DNA of 64,000 nucleotides from the human T2T-CHM13v2.0 reference genome, Homo sapiens: NCBI RefSeq assembly GCF_009914755.1, contig NC_060930.1; one strand, 5' to 3'. Shown piece by piece: positions 40,800 to 57,100 of this stretch (position 1 is its first letter; each line of letters starts with the position of its first letter). The notes under the pieces were generated by a model. It saw only the letters and a program-made list of their open reading frames with translations, ran no database searches and was not told where the DNA came from. The position numbers and the translations under genes were made by a program.

Positions 40800-43500
40800 T
40801 GCCCCGCATTATCAGGACCATTAGTTAGTGCTATTCAGTTTAGATAGCACTGTCAGCCAGCCTAGATTAGGTTACAAAAATTTTTCCAAAGGAGTTCAAG
40901 TCTAGTGTAATTGACACCAGTATTTTGCACATTTGTTTTTGTTCCTAGTCAAGTGTACACACTTCTCTATTCCGAGTTTTAGATAAGTCTAATAGATGCC
41001 ACCATTGTTTGTTCGGTAGGGCCAGCTTGTTGTCACAGTGCATGCTTCATTAGAGTTTTGCCTATTTTCTCCAACCCCACCACCTCCATTTAAGAGAGAT
41101 TAAGGTGGGTCAAAGGACTATTTGTAGGTACCATAACCTCTAAGAAGCATTTTGATAAACTTATGCCACTGAAGTTGAAGAGGACCAATTGAATTCTGAG
41201 TAGAGTTGACCTCTGAACATCTTCCACTGAGCATAGATGGTACCACCCCTCTATACTTGCTTAATCTTATGAGTTTGAATACTCTTTCGTAGCCTTCCAA
41301 AGCTGTAGAGGTGAGTCTGCCATTATCTTTGGCCACATGTCCACTGGGTTTATGCCTATCCTATATAGGATCTTAGATCAATCCTGAGGAGTTTTAACAC
41401 TGCTACTATTTTAGGGCACAAGAGTTAAGATTGCGATTTTGCTTCCCAAGCAAAGATAGTGAAGTAAAAAACATGTGTCTGAGGTCTTGGAAGCTATTCT
41501 GGTCTGACATTAAGAATTCCTTCTTTAAACTATCAGAAAATATGACAAGAGGCAGATAACAAAACTTCTGTGGTTGCCAATCTTTCATGCCACTACTTAA
41601 TCATTTATCCATTTGGTAGCAATGCTTCCCTTCACAATATATATTACATAGAGGGATAGTCTCTGGCTTCATGTTTTAAGACAAGAGTAGGTCAATAGAA
41701 CAGATTACAAGTTGGTAAGTGAAAGTGTACAAAGTAGACTAGCCACACAGGAGTATAGGTGGTCATCTTGCTTGCTTTTCTGGTAGGAATAGGGCATGTT
41801 CACAAGTGTCAATGGGCCAAGGATACCTTTCGAAGTTCTATCCTTCAAGCTAAGTCTGAGTCAGCTGGCTCTCAAGGCTTCAGAGCCAGCAGGGACTCGA
41901 AGTTAGATCTGTCTGAGTTTGTTGTGCGTCACTTATTCTGTTTTCTTCTGTTCTAACATCCATTAATTCATCTTGGATTCATAAGGCTGTCTTGATTTTG
42001 ACTCCCAGCAAATATTCCAACAGGGCTATTTAACTGAGTCAAAAAATCAAGACAGTTTTTATCATGAATCAAAGATGCTTGAATTCTAAAGTTGATGCTC
42101 CACTTTTCTTCTTGGATAGTCAGTGTACAGTGGTATTCCAGCTGACTAGAATCACCTTTGGAAAAGCCCATCAAGGATGTGGCAAACTTCTGTTCTACAG
42201 GGAAACCTCTTTCCCTTAAGTTATTCGAAGAGCTACTCCATAGTTAAGACCACTTCTTGGCTTCAGCCATCCCTATTCCTTAATACTCAGAAGCACCTAG
42301 GCTTACATATTCAAGGAAGCCCCAAAGGAACTTCACAAATCCAGAGGACTCCGTACCCACTTGCTGAGCATTATTCAAGTAGACAGTGATCCTACAATGG
42401 GCCACTTATGGATTAAGGAAGTTAGTTTATTCAGTCACCAGCTTGATTTGGGAAGTCCTAGGAGTAAGCCACATCAGTATATCATGCTCTATGTTCATCA
42501 AGAGGACTGGAGTCTGAGTCACCATGTCCTACACCTCCCTGGAGATCAGAATCGACTTGAAAATGCCTTTTCATAATGAAAGAGTAGGGTTGTAGATTCA
42601 ACGAACCTGGTTAGTAGGCCAAGGCAATTAAGGGGTCCCTTGACATGTTATGGCTTGGCAATTAAAGGAGAAAGCTACAAACTGGGTATTCCACCTGAAA
42701 GCAGAGACTGAGCACACATAGCATTAACTAGGACAAATAATGTTCAAGAGGATATCCTGGAGAGTTTGCTGAACCAGGCTATCAGAAAATAAACCATCCT
42801 AATTCATCTAGAATAACTTGGCTCATATAGCTATAGACAGCCTAAAACCTCCTAGAATTTATTTTGAATCCAGCATAAGGATCTTAACTAAGACAGGCTT
42901 CAGTGAGAAACTAGTTCCTCACGTCAGACCTCTCTAGTCTAAGATCCTGTTCCAGGACCCTCAACCTGAAGGAAGAAATTAGAGAACATAATCCACAAAG
43001 TTGGTTAAGCAGATTAAACTAGATGCAAAAGCCACACTTAAATCCACCTGGGCCATTGGGTTAGGTCAAAGTCCTATCTCAGCAAATATTCCAGCAAGTG
43101 AGCACCTGACCTGAGAGGGGCCACACTAGAACTTATCCATAGTGTTCAGCACAGCAAGCATTTGGAAATTACCTCTTGGTAGATGGATAACATGTGAGTT
43201 TATGCCAATGCTAGATAAGTCATCAAGCTGGATCACAATGAGTCATGTTCATGTTCTGATGGTCCCCCTGTTCAGTACATTGTTCCAAGACATCCCATTG
43301 TGAGCACATTTCTGTATTTGCCCCTGCTAATGCTGGGATTGTACCTTGTTTTGAAGAGTTCATGCCTTATTCCACAGTTGAACTATGGCTACTCCAGTTA
43401 AAAGTCGATGTTTGACTGCTCCAGTGAAGTTCACCATAGTATTCTCCCTACCCATGCCTTTAACTTCTTTTAAGACCTAACAAGAATTGACCTTCAATGG
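40800..43500 (-). mobile_element. Possible very old ERV pol remnant on the minus strand
   Basis: Weak integrase-like (KDNGRLTS, cf. SDNG.HFT, ~41320) and RT-like (KAFSS, ~42560) fragments on the reverse strand. Confidence 0.35.
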
Positions 43501-43999
43501 TTTATGCCAACAGATGAACAGTATAAAAGTCAGCTACTTTGGACATTCTTGCTTTGAACAGTAATTCTTGTATCATATTATTTGAACTTCATAGAGGACA
43601 AGTTTCTAAACCAAGCTATCATGAATAGCAACTAAACTGCTGAGATAGATGCTGGTAGAAAGCCCCAGAGACCTTTCATGGACCATGTTGAACTTGTTCT
43701 GTGAAAGCTCACATGGGTGATGCAAGGAATGCCTGTCCCTGCAGGCTTGATTCTTAGTTATTAACAGAAGTAATCTTAAATCCAGGCCTTCATTGCATGT
43801 CCAGGAGACAGCCAGTGGCCAGCCCAGGCAGCTAACCAAGATGTGTTATTTTGTACTATCTTAACACCCAGGATTAAAGTCAGGTAGAAGTTTTAGTTAA
43901 CAGGGTCAGGTCACAGCATAGAATGCATAGTAATGTCTCTGCAATGGGAGACAGATTCCCCAGAACTATAGAACATAAGAAATAGAACACTTCTGGAAA

Positions 44000-46600
44000 G
44001 GACAGAATGAGGCTATACGAAAGAAGGTTGATCATGAGTACCTTTGTGTGGCTCAGCAAGGTTTCCTAGAACTACCAACACTGCTGAGATGCCTCCTCGA
44101 TGCTTGCACACAGTAGTGGCCTGTGGTAAATGAGGATTCCCAGTATCGCAAAAGGAATTAGACTCAAAAATGACCATGGTAGCATGGACAATGAGATCAA
44201 AGAACCTACCACCTGACCATATTCTCTGGAACATCGCTCCTTTGACTAAAGAGACAGCAAAAAGCAAGAGTGGAGGTCACTAGGCTACTCTGAGAAGCCT
44301 AGTGGTGCCTGTCCTACATGGGCCAGAGCTGATAGGACATGCTGCCATGGAATGGCACTCTGGTGTCAGTGAGGATGATGGGAGTCTAGAGCAGGGGCCA
44401 AGGGGCTGCACTTAACTGAGGCATGGCAACCATAGCAGGTAGCAAGGCAGAATGGCCTTGATCCAGAGGAGTCCAGCAACAGCTGATCAACCATGGTGTG
44501 CCTAGGGGTGAGATAGATGGGCAGGCAGAGATACTGTTTAGTCAGTATAATCAGATCAAGAACAGGTGAGAAAGTGATCGGCTACTACACGGTCAGTCAT
44601 GATCCTTATGATAAGCTTTTGATGTCAGTGTGGCTAGGCTTGCAGTTCTGGTCAAATACTTCCAAATATGATCTAGGTGTGTGTGAAGGTATAATGAGGT
44701 GGAATTAAAGCCTAGTCATGACTTTGACTTGGTCCCCTACTGATTATATAGGATAGTCTTATTTGATCAGTTGGAAGTTCAATTCTGCTCATGACCTTCC
44801 TTTTCCTGAGGATAGATAGCCTGGGCCCAAGTCTGAGTTCCAGATTACCTGTGATCTTTCCTTGACTGGTAGACTTAATTTTGGACTTGCATCAGCCTCC
44901 ACAGTCACATAGGATGAATGTACTAAAAGGAACTGGCCTATGGATGTATATATCAATCCTGCAGCTTCTGATTCTCTGGTTGAACCCTGCCTGATACAAT
45001 CCCTCACCCAGTTTTTATGTTTAAGTTATTAGACTCAGTTCATTGATTGAAGGGGCTACATGCACAGTTCCCTTGAAGGATGCCCTGTGGTGTCACAGCA
45101 GATACTCAATTTTCCCACCCCTCCAATGGAAACCCATGCCCATTTACCTGGGTAATTAGACAAATGGGGAGAGGAACATTCAGACCTGTGATAGGGACCT
45201 CCACAGCCAGATCAGTCCTCATAATAGAATGGGGAGGGGTGTGCGCAGTCTAGGTGACAAAATGAGAACAATGCCATCTTTGAATGGCTCCAATGGATCT
45301 GTGGACCACCTCTATGGACATTTTCCTGATCTGAGTAAGTACCTAATCAGGATAGAAATATAGCAACTGATCTAACCCTCGCATGTTCCCTGACCCATGG
45401 GAAAAAAAGCTATCACGGCAGGAAAGGCCAAGTAGAGTTCTCTAAAATTGTCCCCAAACCCTGCATAGCCAGAAGTCAAGTCAGAAGCTACACCACATCT
45501 TCAGAGTGGTAGTGCCAGGGATGGGGGCTTCCTATCACCTGCTTGATTCACTAGGATGGCTCCTAAGAGAATAAGGCAAGTCTTGGCATATGTTGAACTA
45601 CCATAAGCTCAAAGTCATACCTGCTGTGCCAGAGGTGGTGTCTGCTACTGAGCAGCAGCTGCCTTGGGCCCTTTAAAGCTATTGGCCTGGCAAACTGATT
45701 CTTTACCACCATTATCAAGGAGGCTGAAAGCCATTCACATTCAACACAAATAAAGCAGCAATACATTCATCATACTCTCAGGTTCTGGAAGTTTTTCCTT
45801 CTCTGCCACAGTTGTCTAAGTGACTTTTATAGTCTGGAGATTATGAAGATCACCACACTAGTCCATATCAATGGCAAAATGTTCAACCTGATGAGCAACA
45901 AGTGACTGATGCCCTTTAGCAGCAAGTCCAGGATTCAATCTGAGCCTCTAGTTTGGGCACTATGCCTCCACATCCCAGTGGTGTTGGAGGTATTTTGTGG
46001 CAGGTAGACATCCTACAGGGCTCCGACACAGATTCTACAGAACAGAACTATTAGCTGTTAAGCAGCTCCTACACCTTATTCCCCGACCCTAATGAGGTGA
46101 GGTGTCAACTATTACATGACCATGTAACTAGAGCTACCATTTTGTGCATGGTATTTCAGACCCAAGGCTGGGAACCCTCAGGAATTCATTCCACAACGGA
46201 AGTGATAGAGTTCAACAGACCCAGAGCCCCACATCACCTACAATAACTTTCCTTCACACATCTAGGCCTTGTGGGTGTTTCCTTAGTCAGCTGGAAGGAC
46301 AGCCTGCCTATAGTTCAAGATAGTTGGCTAGATATTGACAAGTGAGCCAGAGATGGACTGCTGTTACAGTGCAGCCTCATTCATGACCCTGAAAGTGGTG
46401 AAAGGGTGTCCTCACAGTGGGTAGGGACTCAAGCATTATACTTGGTCACCTGTTTGGTGAAGTAGACAAGAACATATAGATACTGGGAAAATGACTAGTG
46501 GCTTATGCAGGTTGTCATGGGCTTAGAAGGAAAACGATTGTAAAAAACCAGAGATAAGAATCCCCGGGAGAAAGTGGATAAATCTATGGGAGCTTGCATT
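44000..46600 (+). mobile_element. ERVL internal remnant (gag-pol), interrupted by an LTR fragment at ~44800-44997
   Basis: Segments parallel those of the 12-16 kb and 22-27 kb elements (CATGGTGTGCCTAGGGGTGAGATAGATGGGCAG, AGCTATTGGCCTGGCAAA, TCCTCACAGTGGGTAG). Confidence 0.6.
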
Positions 46601-46851
46601 GTGCAGATCTTGTTCCTTTCATGCTTTTGAAGCTCAGAATCTTATTGAATATTAACCTTGTGCTTGGCTCCTGTAGTCCCTCCGGAAGCAGTGAACAGAC
46701 ACTTGATTCTGAACCAGATATCCAGGTTAGGCAACTGGGGAGCTCAAGCTTGACCACAAGTGTCATTAGAAGCAGAGTATGCTTTCTTCAAGTAGTTGTG
46801 ACATTTGGATTGCAGCTTCCAAATTTAGTCTTAAGTATAGACATACATTTT

Positions 46852-47908
46852 CTTTTAGACTTAAGGTACATATGCAGGTTATATAGGCATATCACAGGGG
46901 TTTGCTGTATGAATTTCACTCAGGTACCAGGCCTAGTACCTAGCAGTTATTTTTTCTGTTCTCCATTCTCCCACCCTCTAAACTCTCAAGGAAGTCCCAG
47001 TGTCTGTTACGCCCTTTGTGTTCATAAGCTATTATTTAGCTCTCCATTTATAAGTGAGAACATGTAGTGTTTGGTTTTCTGTTCCTGTAATAGCTTGCTA
47101 TGGATAATGACCTCCTGCACCATCCACGTTCCTACAAAAAGACATGACCATTTTTTATGGCTGCATATTTCATGGTGTATATATTCCACATTTTCTTTAT
47201 CCAATTTGTTATTGGTGAACTTAGATTGATTCCATGTCTTTTGTGACTAGTGCTGTAATGAACATTTGTGTGCCTATGTCTTTATGGTATAATGATTTAT
47301 ATTCCTTGACCCCTTCTCCTTATAACCATGTATTATACAAAAGTAAACTCAAGATGGATTAGGGACTTAAGTGTAAAACCCAAGACTATAAAAACCTTGG
47401 AAGACAACCCAGGCAATACCATCCTGGAAATAGGAACCGGCAGAGATTTTATGACAAGGACACCAAAAACATTTGCAACAAAAGCAAAAGTTGACAAGTG
47501 GGATCTAATTAAGAGCATCTGCATAGTCAAACTATCAGTATGGATTTCACATCAGACAACCTACATAACAGAAAAATATTTGCAAGCTAGAAAATATTTG
47601 CTAAGCTATCTGACAAAGGTCTAATATACTGGACATCTATAAGAAACATACAACAAAAGAACATTAGACAAAGGACATGAATCCACTTTTCTAAAGACAT
47701 ACATGTGGTCACACAAAAAGCCCAGTGTCACTTATTAGAAAAATGCAAGTTAAAACCACGACGAGATACCATCTCATGCCAGTCAAAGTGGCTATTAAGG
47801 TCAAAGAACAGGCGCTGGTGAAGTTGCAGAGAAGAGGAAACATACACTGTTGGTTGGAGTATAAATTCACCATTGTGGAAAGCAGTATAGTGATTCCTCA
47901 GAGCTAAG
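46852..47908 (-). mobile_element. L1PA13/14-like element with 5' inversion (twin priming)
   Basis: The 3' end lies on the minus strand (46852-47308), followed by a plus-strand ORF2 segment (47309-47908; [28 protein letters not shown]). TSD GACATACATTTT (46840-46851) / GACATGCATTTT (47909-47920). Confidence 0.88.
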
Positions 47909-48644
47909 GACATGCATTTTTATGTACAACATTCAGATCCTGTATCAGCTATAACTTAAGATGACCCCTAGGTCCATCCCTTTTCTCTATTTGTGTCATG
48001 GATCAAGGGTCTTCTGATTTGTTTCATGGAAACACCCTATTCTTTCAGACTGTCAAGTACACCTCCCAAGATGCCAAAACAAGACACAGGATCTACCAGA
48101 TGAGGGGAGAAGGGGGGTTCTTCTTCCCTTATTACATACAACAACTTTGCTGCCTTCCAAGCTTACAGTCTTTTCCATGTATCAGTCAGGGTCCCAGCAG
48201 AAAACTAAACTCAAACGGGGAAGAATTTGGTGAAGGAAAACCTTCATGGAACATCAAGGATTAAGAGAACAAAGGATGAGGTAATCAGGGTCTAGCAACA
48301 AGCAGCTACTGACGACCACGGACCAAAGGAAGGAAAAGGATACCCAAAACCCAATGAGGGCTGGAACTATGGAAGAGGGTCCCATCTGGTAGGACCAGAT
48401 CTGCAGAGACACAGTTACTATCTAAGACACGGCTTTGAAGCCAAGAGGGAGTCAGGAATCAGAACCCAAAACTCTTTCCCACCAACCTTCTCTCCTAATC
48501 AGGGTGTCTCCAAACCTACCTGGATATCAGTTTCCAAGGGAGACTGGGTGATGTATTCCACAAGAGTTACCCTACTGGGGCACAGAACAAAGTGGAGAAC
48601 AGATGTTAAGGAGGGTCAGAGAATAACCAGCTCATCTGGGGACA

Positions 48645-48701
48645 AATGGGGAAGTGAGAATCTAATGGGGAAGTGAGAATCTAATGGGGAAGTGAGAATC
48701 T
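48645..48701 (+). repeat. 19-bp perfect tandem repeat AATGGGGAAGTGAGAATCT x3
   Basis: Read directly. Confidence 0.95.
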
Positions 48702-49949
48702 GAAGGGGATAACCTGTACAATACTCCTAGAGGACAAGGTACAGGGGTCTGTAACCAATCTTAAGTCCCATACAGGCTGGAACAAGCCTGGACTGGAGCA
48801 GGACAAAAAAATGAACAAGTTGACTTTCTCAATAACTAAGTGGGGATTCATAGCAGAATTACTGGTTTGGAGATAGAATTCTAACATTCATCCAAAAATA
48901 TGGATTGAAATCCCAGTCACATGGAGCTAGGAAGTCGAGACCTCTCCAGCTGTGGAATTCACCATTGTCAGCGTTTACCTAGATGTTCTATGCATGCTGC
49001 CTCCAGGCTTGGTACAGCTCCCACACATCCTTGCTCCCCAAATGAGATCATTTTCTTAGTCCTGTTACCAGGGAGGTTAGTGACTTCCATTTTCTGATGG
49101 TGTTAGATTGGATAATAAGTCAATCCTGATTAAGAAGGCATTATCCTGTTAGGAGGCACCAACATCTCAGCTTGGGGAAACTGCTGGGGATTATTTGAGA
49201 AAAGAAAGTCTAGTGACTGTTTTATACTTGAGTGTATTAAGAAAGATTACAAGACAATGCCTTTCTTCAACTTGCTTAGTTTAGCATAGCACTGTCTGAG
49301 GTTTGAAAACAATGTTAATGGTACACAAGTGTATTAGTCAACATCAGAAAGGTGTCTGGCAAAAGGGAAGGAATATGGCCGGAAGTGGACATTGTGCAAA
49401 TGTGTTTTAAGAACTCTAGCCCTATACAATTAACCCATTTTGCATAAGTGACAAATCCCCTGGAAGTTGTTTCCAATGTAACTAGGTCACCAGGGCCATG
49501 TTCCCTCACCACTTGACATCTCACATCGTATGTAAACAAACCTTCGAGTTTGTAGCTGGCATACCTGGTGTCCCAACACTCTCATGCTCCGTCATACTTC
49601 CGATTTCTGCCATGTTCTGGGTCATTACCCATCAACTCACTTCAGGCTGACAGCACTTAGGGCTGCCTAGAGTGAGCCCCCTCTCCGACATTTGCTTTCT
49701 GCTCCAGGGCTCCGATACCAAGGATGCAGGCAGGAGCTTACTAAGCTTTGGAAAGTGTGTACAGTGACCCCATTTCAGGAATGCAAAGTATGATATTGTA
49801 AAGTTTACAAGTGTTACTCATTAAATTTAGAACATTGGTCTTACTGTTTTGTGTTCCTAGTTTCTCGATGTTCACTTATGTTTTGAGGGTAGGTTGTGTG
49901 CATTGAATCATTGGATTGCTATTGTTACGAAGTGTCACTTTTGCAGTGT

Positions 49950-51050
49950 TTTCGGTGGAACTCTGGTAGTATGCTGGTTTGATTGGTGTTTGCATGGTAT
50001 ATATATATTTTTCCTTCTTTAAGCATAGGGACACAACAGCTGAAAGTTGAGTCTTAAAGCAGGAAGTAGTTGGAATATTCACCCATTTATATCTGATGTA
50101 GTTACCTTTGTATCCTGTTTTGTGTTGTTTTCTACTTTACCCATTCGCTCAATGTTATTTTGTCTGTCCTTTGACTTGAGGAAAGTCAGACCTTCAGTAT
50201 TCTTATTCTTTACACTTTTTTAGTATTTACTCTAGAGGATATTTCTTGATATATTGGTGTCCAAAACAAGTTTTCTACTTGTGATGGTGTTCTACATTTT
50301 AAACAAAGTCCACTGACCCTCTTGCATTTTGCAGTTTTGCTGCCATTTTAACTTCCCATGTTTAAACCCTTCAAGATTGTTTTATACAGTTAATGTCAGT
50401 CTGCACTTACGTTGATATGTTTTGCTGGTTTTGCTTTTTCAGTTCTGTGATTTCCTGCAAGACTTTTCTGCCCAGAGGATCCTTTAATATTTGTTGGGGA
50501 TGTAATTCCTTTAGAGACTGTCCATCTTTGTTTTTGATGTTTTTTGCTAGTTATGTTTTAGGTTGGAATTTGTTCTCAGCACATTGGAGATGTCCATTCT
50601 TGTCTGTTGGCTTCTGTCAGAACACAGTTAATCTTCAAGGTAACATGCTTTTCCCTACCTCTGGCTGCTTTTTAAGTTCATATTTGATCTACAGCAGTCT
50701 TGGTATGATGTGCCTAGGTGTAGAAATTCTTATGGTGGGTGGGGGGGTTGCAGAGCTCCTTGAATCTGTTTTATAAGCTTCCTGGCAATTGTCACCATGC
50801 ATCTTTTGTCCTCCTGTCCACCACTCCCTACCCACAACTACCCTCGTTCTGGGATCCTGATTACATGTGTCTTTTGACTAAGACTCATGATATCATACAT
50901 GCATCAATGCTGTTTTCTTTTAATATTTGTACTGTTTAGATGTTATCAAGCTGCCTTGTAATCTTGGATTCCACTGTTTCTAGAATTCAGTTATAGCCAT
51001 TCTAACAAGTTCTAACCTTAATGTATTTAACTTTGAGCTTACTAGGCTTT
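49950..51050 (-). mobile_element. Old L1M (L1ME-like) remnant
   Basis: Strongly T-rich degenerate antisense L1 motifs (TTTAGGTTGG, ATGATGTGCCTAGGTGT, CTTGAATCTGT). Confidence 0.5.
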
Positions 51051-51907
51051 AAAGCAACTTGAAACTGATAGAAATTATCTGCTTGAGAGGAACATCTGAG
51101 TTTAACTGAGCACATCTGGGAGATCTCAGCAGAATTAAGTGCCCCTTCCCGCTCTACTACCAGTAGAAACTCTGAACACTTTCTTACCTGTCTCCCCCTG
51201 CTTATCAGTACCACATCCATATTAACTACCCAAACTCCTGTCAGGTTGCTTCTAAGGGAATCCGGACTACAAGAACCTTTCATACCCAGCCAGATGAGGT
51301 ACAAGCCCCTCATCTCAGCCCAAATCTGAGGAATATGTCTATAATTAAGTAAAGTATGAAATTAAAAGTCACTTAATTATCCACCAGAAACCCTCTATTT
51401 CCATCAACTAATAATATCTCAACATTACACAGACATGTGAAATGTCTAATCACGTCTAGCTTGGAAGAAAGTCCTAGGAGGACACCACCATAAGTCAGTT
51501 GCCCGTGTTCTAATCCTCGAGGAGCTACAGACAGGTTTAGCCTTAGTTTCAGCACTTCACCACTCAAGGGGACTCTCAGATTGGGAGATCAATTCTGAGT
51601 TGATTTCTCCAGTCTTTGGTTTCTTCCTTACTTGGTTAACTGACCATCCTATAGCTTTCCCATATCACAATCTTCATAGGCCTGAGGCTTTTTGAAAGCC
51701 ATTTAGGATGCCTTTTTGGAGCTCAACAGCAGAAATGGAATGGTTAAAAAGGAAAGACTAACCTATGAGGCACAGCCATCTGACATAACTGCCTCACAAA
51801 CCTCAGGTTTGTCTTGAGGTAGATAGGGTTGGTGGTGGGCAAATATGAAAGAGGGCCTAAGCCCATCTAGATACTTCAAGAAGTCTTAGAAGATATACTG
51901 ATGGAAC

Positions 51908-52600
51908 TGTGATAATGACATGCATTTGGTCTTGTTCATTTCCTGACATGCAGCTTCTAAAAACCCTTGGAATCTCCAGGGTTATAGGCATGTCTGGTAG
52001 GCTAATGAGATGACTAGTGGCTGGAGTCCCTAGATAGCTTCAAGGATGGGGGCTGGTCACTGAAAGACCAAAGCATGATTCAGGAGGAAAGATGCTTAAG
52101 ACTGAGTTGATCATGGGTAGGCAATGATTTTGGTTATGCCTATGTAATGAAGGCTCTACAAAACCAAGAACTGGGTTCTTAGAGCTGTCAAATTACTGAA
52201 CACATGGAGGTGCCTGGAAGTGGCACACCCAGAGGGTATGGAAGCCCCTTCCCACAGGTCTTGCCCTATCCCCATTGCCATGGACAAAGTTTGGGTTCTG
52301 TGAACCGTTCTAGCAAGTTGAACTCGAGAGTGTAGTGGGAACACTAGTTTATAGCCGATTAGTCAGAAGCATACATGACAGCCTACTATGTGCAATGGCA
52401 TCTGAAGCAGGGGGCAGTCTTACGGGAATGAGTGCTTGATCTGTAGGATATCTCCAGATAACATCAGAATGGAATTGAGTTAGACTCAGCTAGTGTCCAA
52501 TGGAGAGCTGCTTGGTGTTGAAAAACACCTTACATACATCTAGTGTCAGAAGTATTCAGTTGTGAGGGTAGGAAATACGCTGGGTTTTTCCTAACTACCC
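51908..52600 (+). mobile_element. MER21-family (MER21C-like) LTR
   Basis: CTAAAACCCTTGGAAT, CTAATGAGATGACT, GGATGGGGGCTGGTCA, ATGCCTATGTAATGAA, GGCATCTGAAG and GTGTCAGAAGT occur in the expected order. Confidence 0.8.
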
Positions 52601-54167
52601 ATTAACTTCCTTAGTACCAGCATGTGGTGGCCCTTTTCAACATGGAATGTTTCAATCCTGAACTTCAGCTTACATACTGCCATCATTCCTGTCCTACACT
52701 TCAGAATTTCACTGACAGCAAGACATTATGGAATCTTGCATGACCAAGCAGCCGATGAATATTCTGTTTAGTTATATAAGATTTTTTTCTCTTTATGGAA
52801 TTCTGTGCAGAGCCTTAGTTTATGCATGAGTAGGCATTAATAGCTCAGTTACCCAACTTCTGTGCAATTCGAGCCTTTGAATGCACTGTGGCGATATTCA
52901 ATCCTTCCCCTCAAAGATAACATGAGAGTTAAAACTTCAGTCACAAGTTTTATTCATAGAGCATCTTAATCTGTATCTGCTAAGTTACTTATGGAGGTAC
53001 TGGTGAATACCCATTAGACATGCACGGATTCTTCTGGTAGAGCACTGAGCACATACTCAGGGTGTCAAAAAGTGAAACTGAAGTTTCTAGAAGTGTTCTC
53101 ACAGGATTGAGCTTAAGGCTTGAGCAGCTTTAAAGGAAGCATGCCAAAGGCTAAGTCCAAGGCATATTCATTTGAGGGAACTAAGATAACCATCCTATAA
53201 AAGTATACCCAGACACTGCCAGTTTCAAGGAATCTTTCCCCACAGAAATCTCATAAGCCATCTTGAAGTGTTAATGTTACTTTCTAGTCCTGACAGTCAC
53301 CTTTCCAAGTCTTTCAAGCTTGAAATAAGTGAACACTTTGCTCAGACCCATTAGTCAGCAGAAGAGAAAGAATCGAGTAGAGGAAGATAGATGGGGGGGA
53401 AGAAGCTAGAACATAAGTAGGGGCTCATATCAGCAGAGGCACTGAGTCTGACCAAGCAAGAGCTGAGTACACAGACACAAGTGGATGGTTAAGAGAAGCC
53501 TGGGATGTTCCTGCCCAGGCTCCACTTCTTAGCAGCCCAGGGCTGACAGAATAGGTACAGAGAGGGTCCCCAGATTTGCTCAGAGAAGGACACAGGTCTG
53601 AGTTTTGATTCAAAACATCCAAGAAGTTTAGTTTTGTTGATCTAAAGGTTTCCCACTTGTGCATCTTACATTCCATATTTAGTGAGATCCTTTTAACCTA
53701 GTACACATCATTGCACAACCAATACCACAGTAGGGAGCCCCTCTGAGCACCATTGTGTTATTACGTATTTGACTGAGGCATTTATATCCCAATCTTTCCG
53801 TCAGCCACCATTCCAACCTTCCTAGACCCCTAGTTTCTGACCCAATCCACTCTTCCACTTATAGCTTTGTCTTGCCTCTGCCTACTGGCGCTTGGTACCA
53901 TTTCTTTGGAGGACATTCCCTTCAAATAGGCAGTTCATATCATCCTTTTTAATCTCAAACGTACCTGCATGGCTACCTTCCCTGTTGCTTGTCCCAGACT
54001 TGCAGGTGGTATAGTTATTTACGTAGCAGTTGGAGCTAAGACAATGCCAACAAGCCTGACCTTCATCCTGTGAATTTAAGAACCAAATTTTAAGGTTACA
54101 CAGCCAAGATGGAAGACCCTTTAACACTTCTCCCCACTGTGCTTTTAGTTTATAACCACCTCTTTTC

Positions 54168-56666
<2,499 letters not shown>

Positions 56667-56689
56667 TGCAGAACTATGTTCTCTAGCAA

Positions 56690-57100
56690 TCAGTGTCTCC
56701 CACTCCAATAAATCAGAGCGGGTTCCACCCATATATGGTCCCTCAAAAGAAGGGACACTGGCTGTACTTCCAAGCACGCTTGGAAGACTCCCGCATGTGT
56801 AAAGGCCACTGATTTGCCCATTTAGGCAGTTACCCCAGCAAGTGAGTTTGCCATACTTTTGTCAGTGTAAACATCTGCCTCTTGAAGACAAAACTGCATT
56901 TCTAGGTTATGTAAAAGATGTGTGTAGCTAAACTGGAAGAGATGGCTGAAATAAAGTTGATTTTTCTGGCTGAGTATGAAAAAGCATAGAGAAAAGGAAT
57001 TCCTAGCCTTAGGGGGTGCGTGTGTGTAGAGCGGGGGGAGTCGATTTATCCCAACATAGTTCAATAGTCGTCAGTTATTTTTAGTGCCTAATGCTGGGCA
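56690..57100. promoter_or_regulatory. Candidate low-CpG promoter/enhancer (CCAAT, MYB-type motifs, GC-box-like stretch)
   Basis: CCAAT at 56705, GGCAGTTA (MYB consensus YAACKG reversed) at 56825-56832, CAGTTA at ~57072 and GAGCGGGGGGAG at ~57029, with locally retained CpGs. The motifs are short and could be chance. Confidence 0.25.

Noticed and set aside
46594-47067. 157-aa plus-strand ORF
   Set aside because: It runs across unrelated sequence into an antisense L1 3'UTR, so it is a chance ORF.
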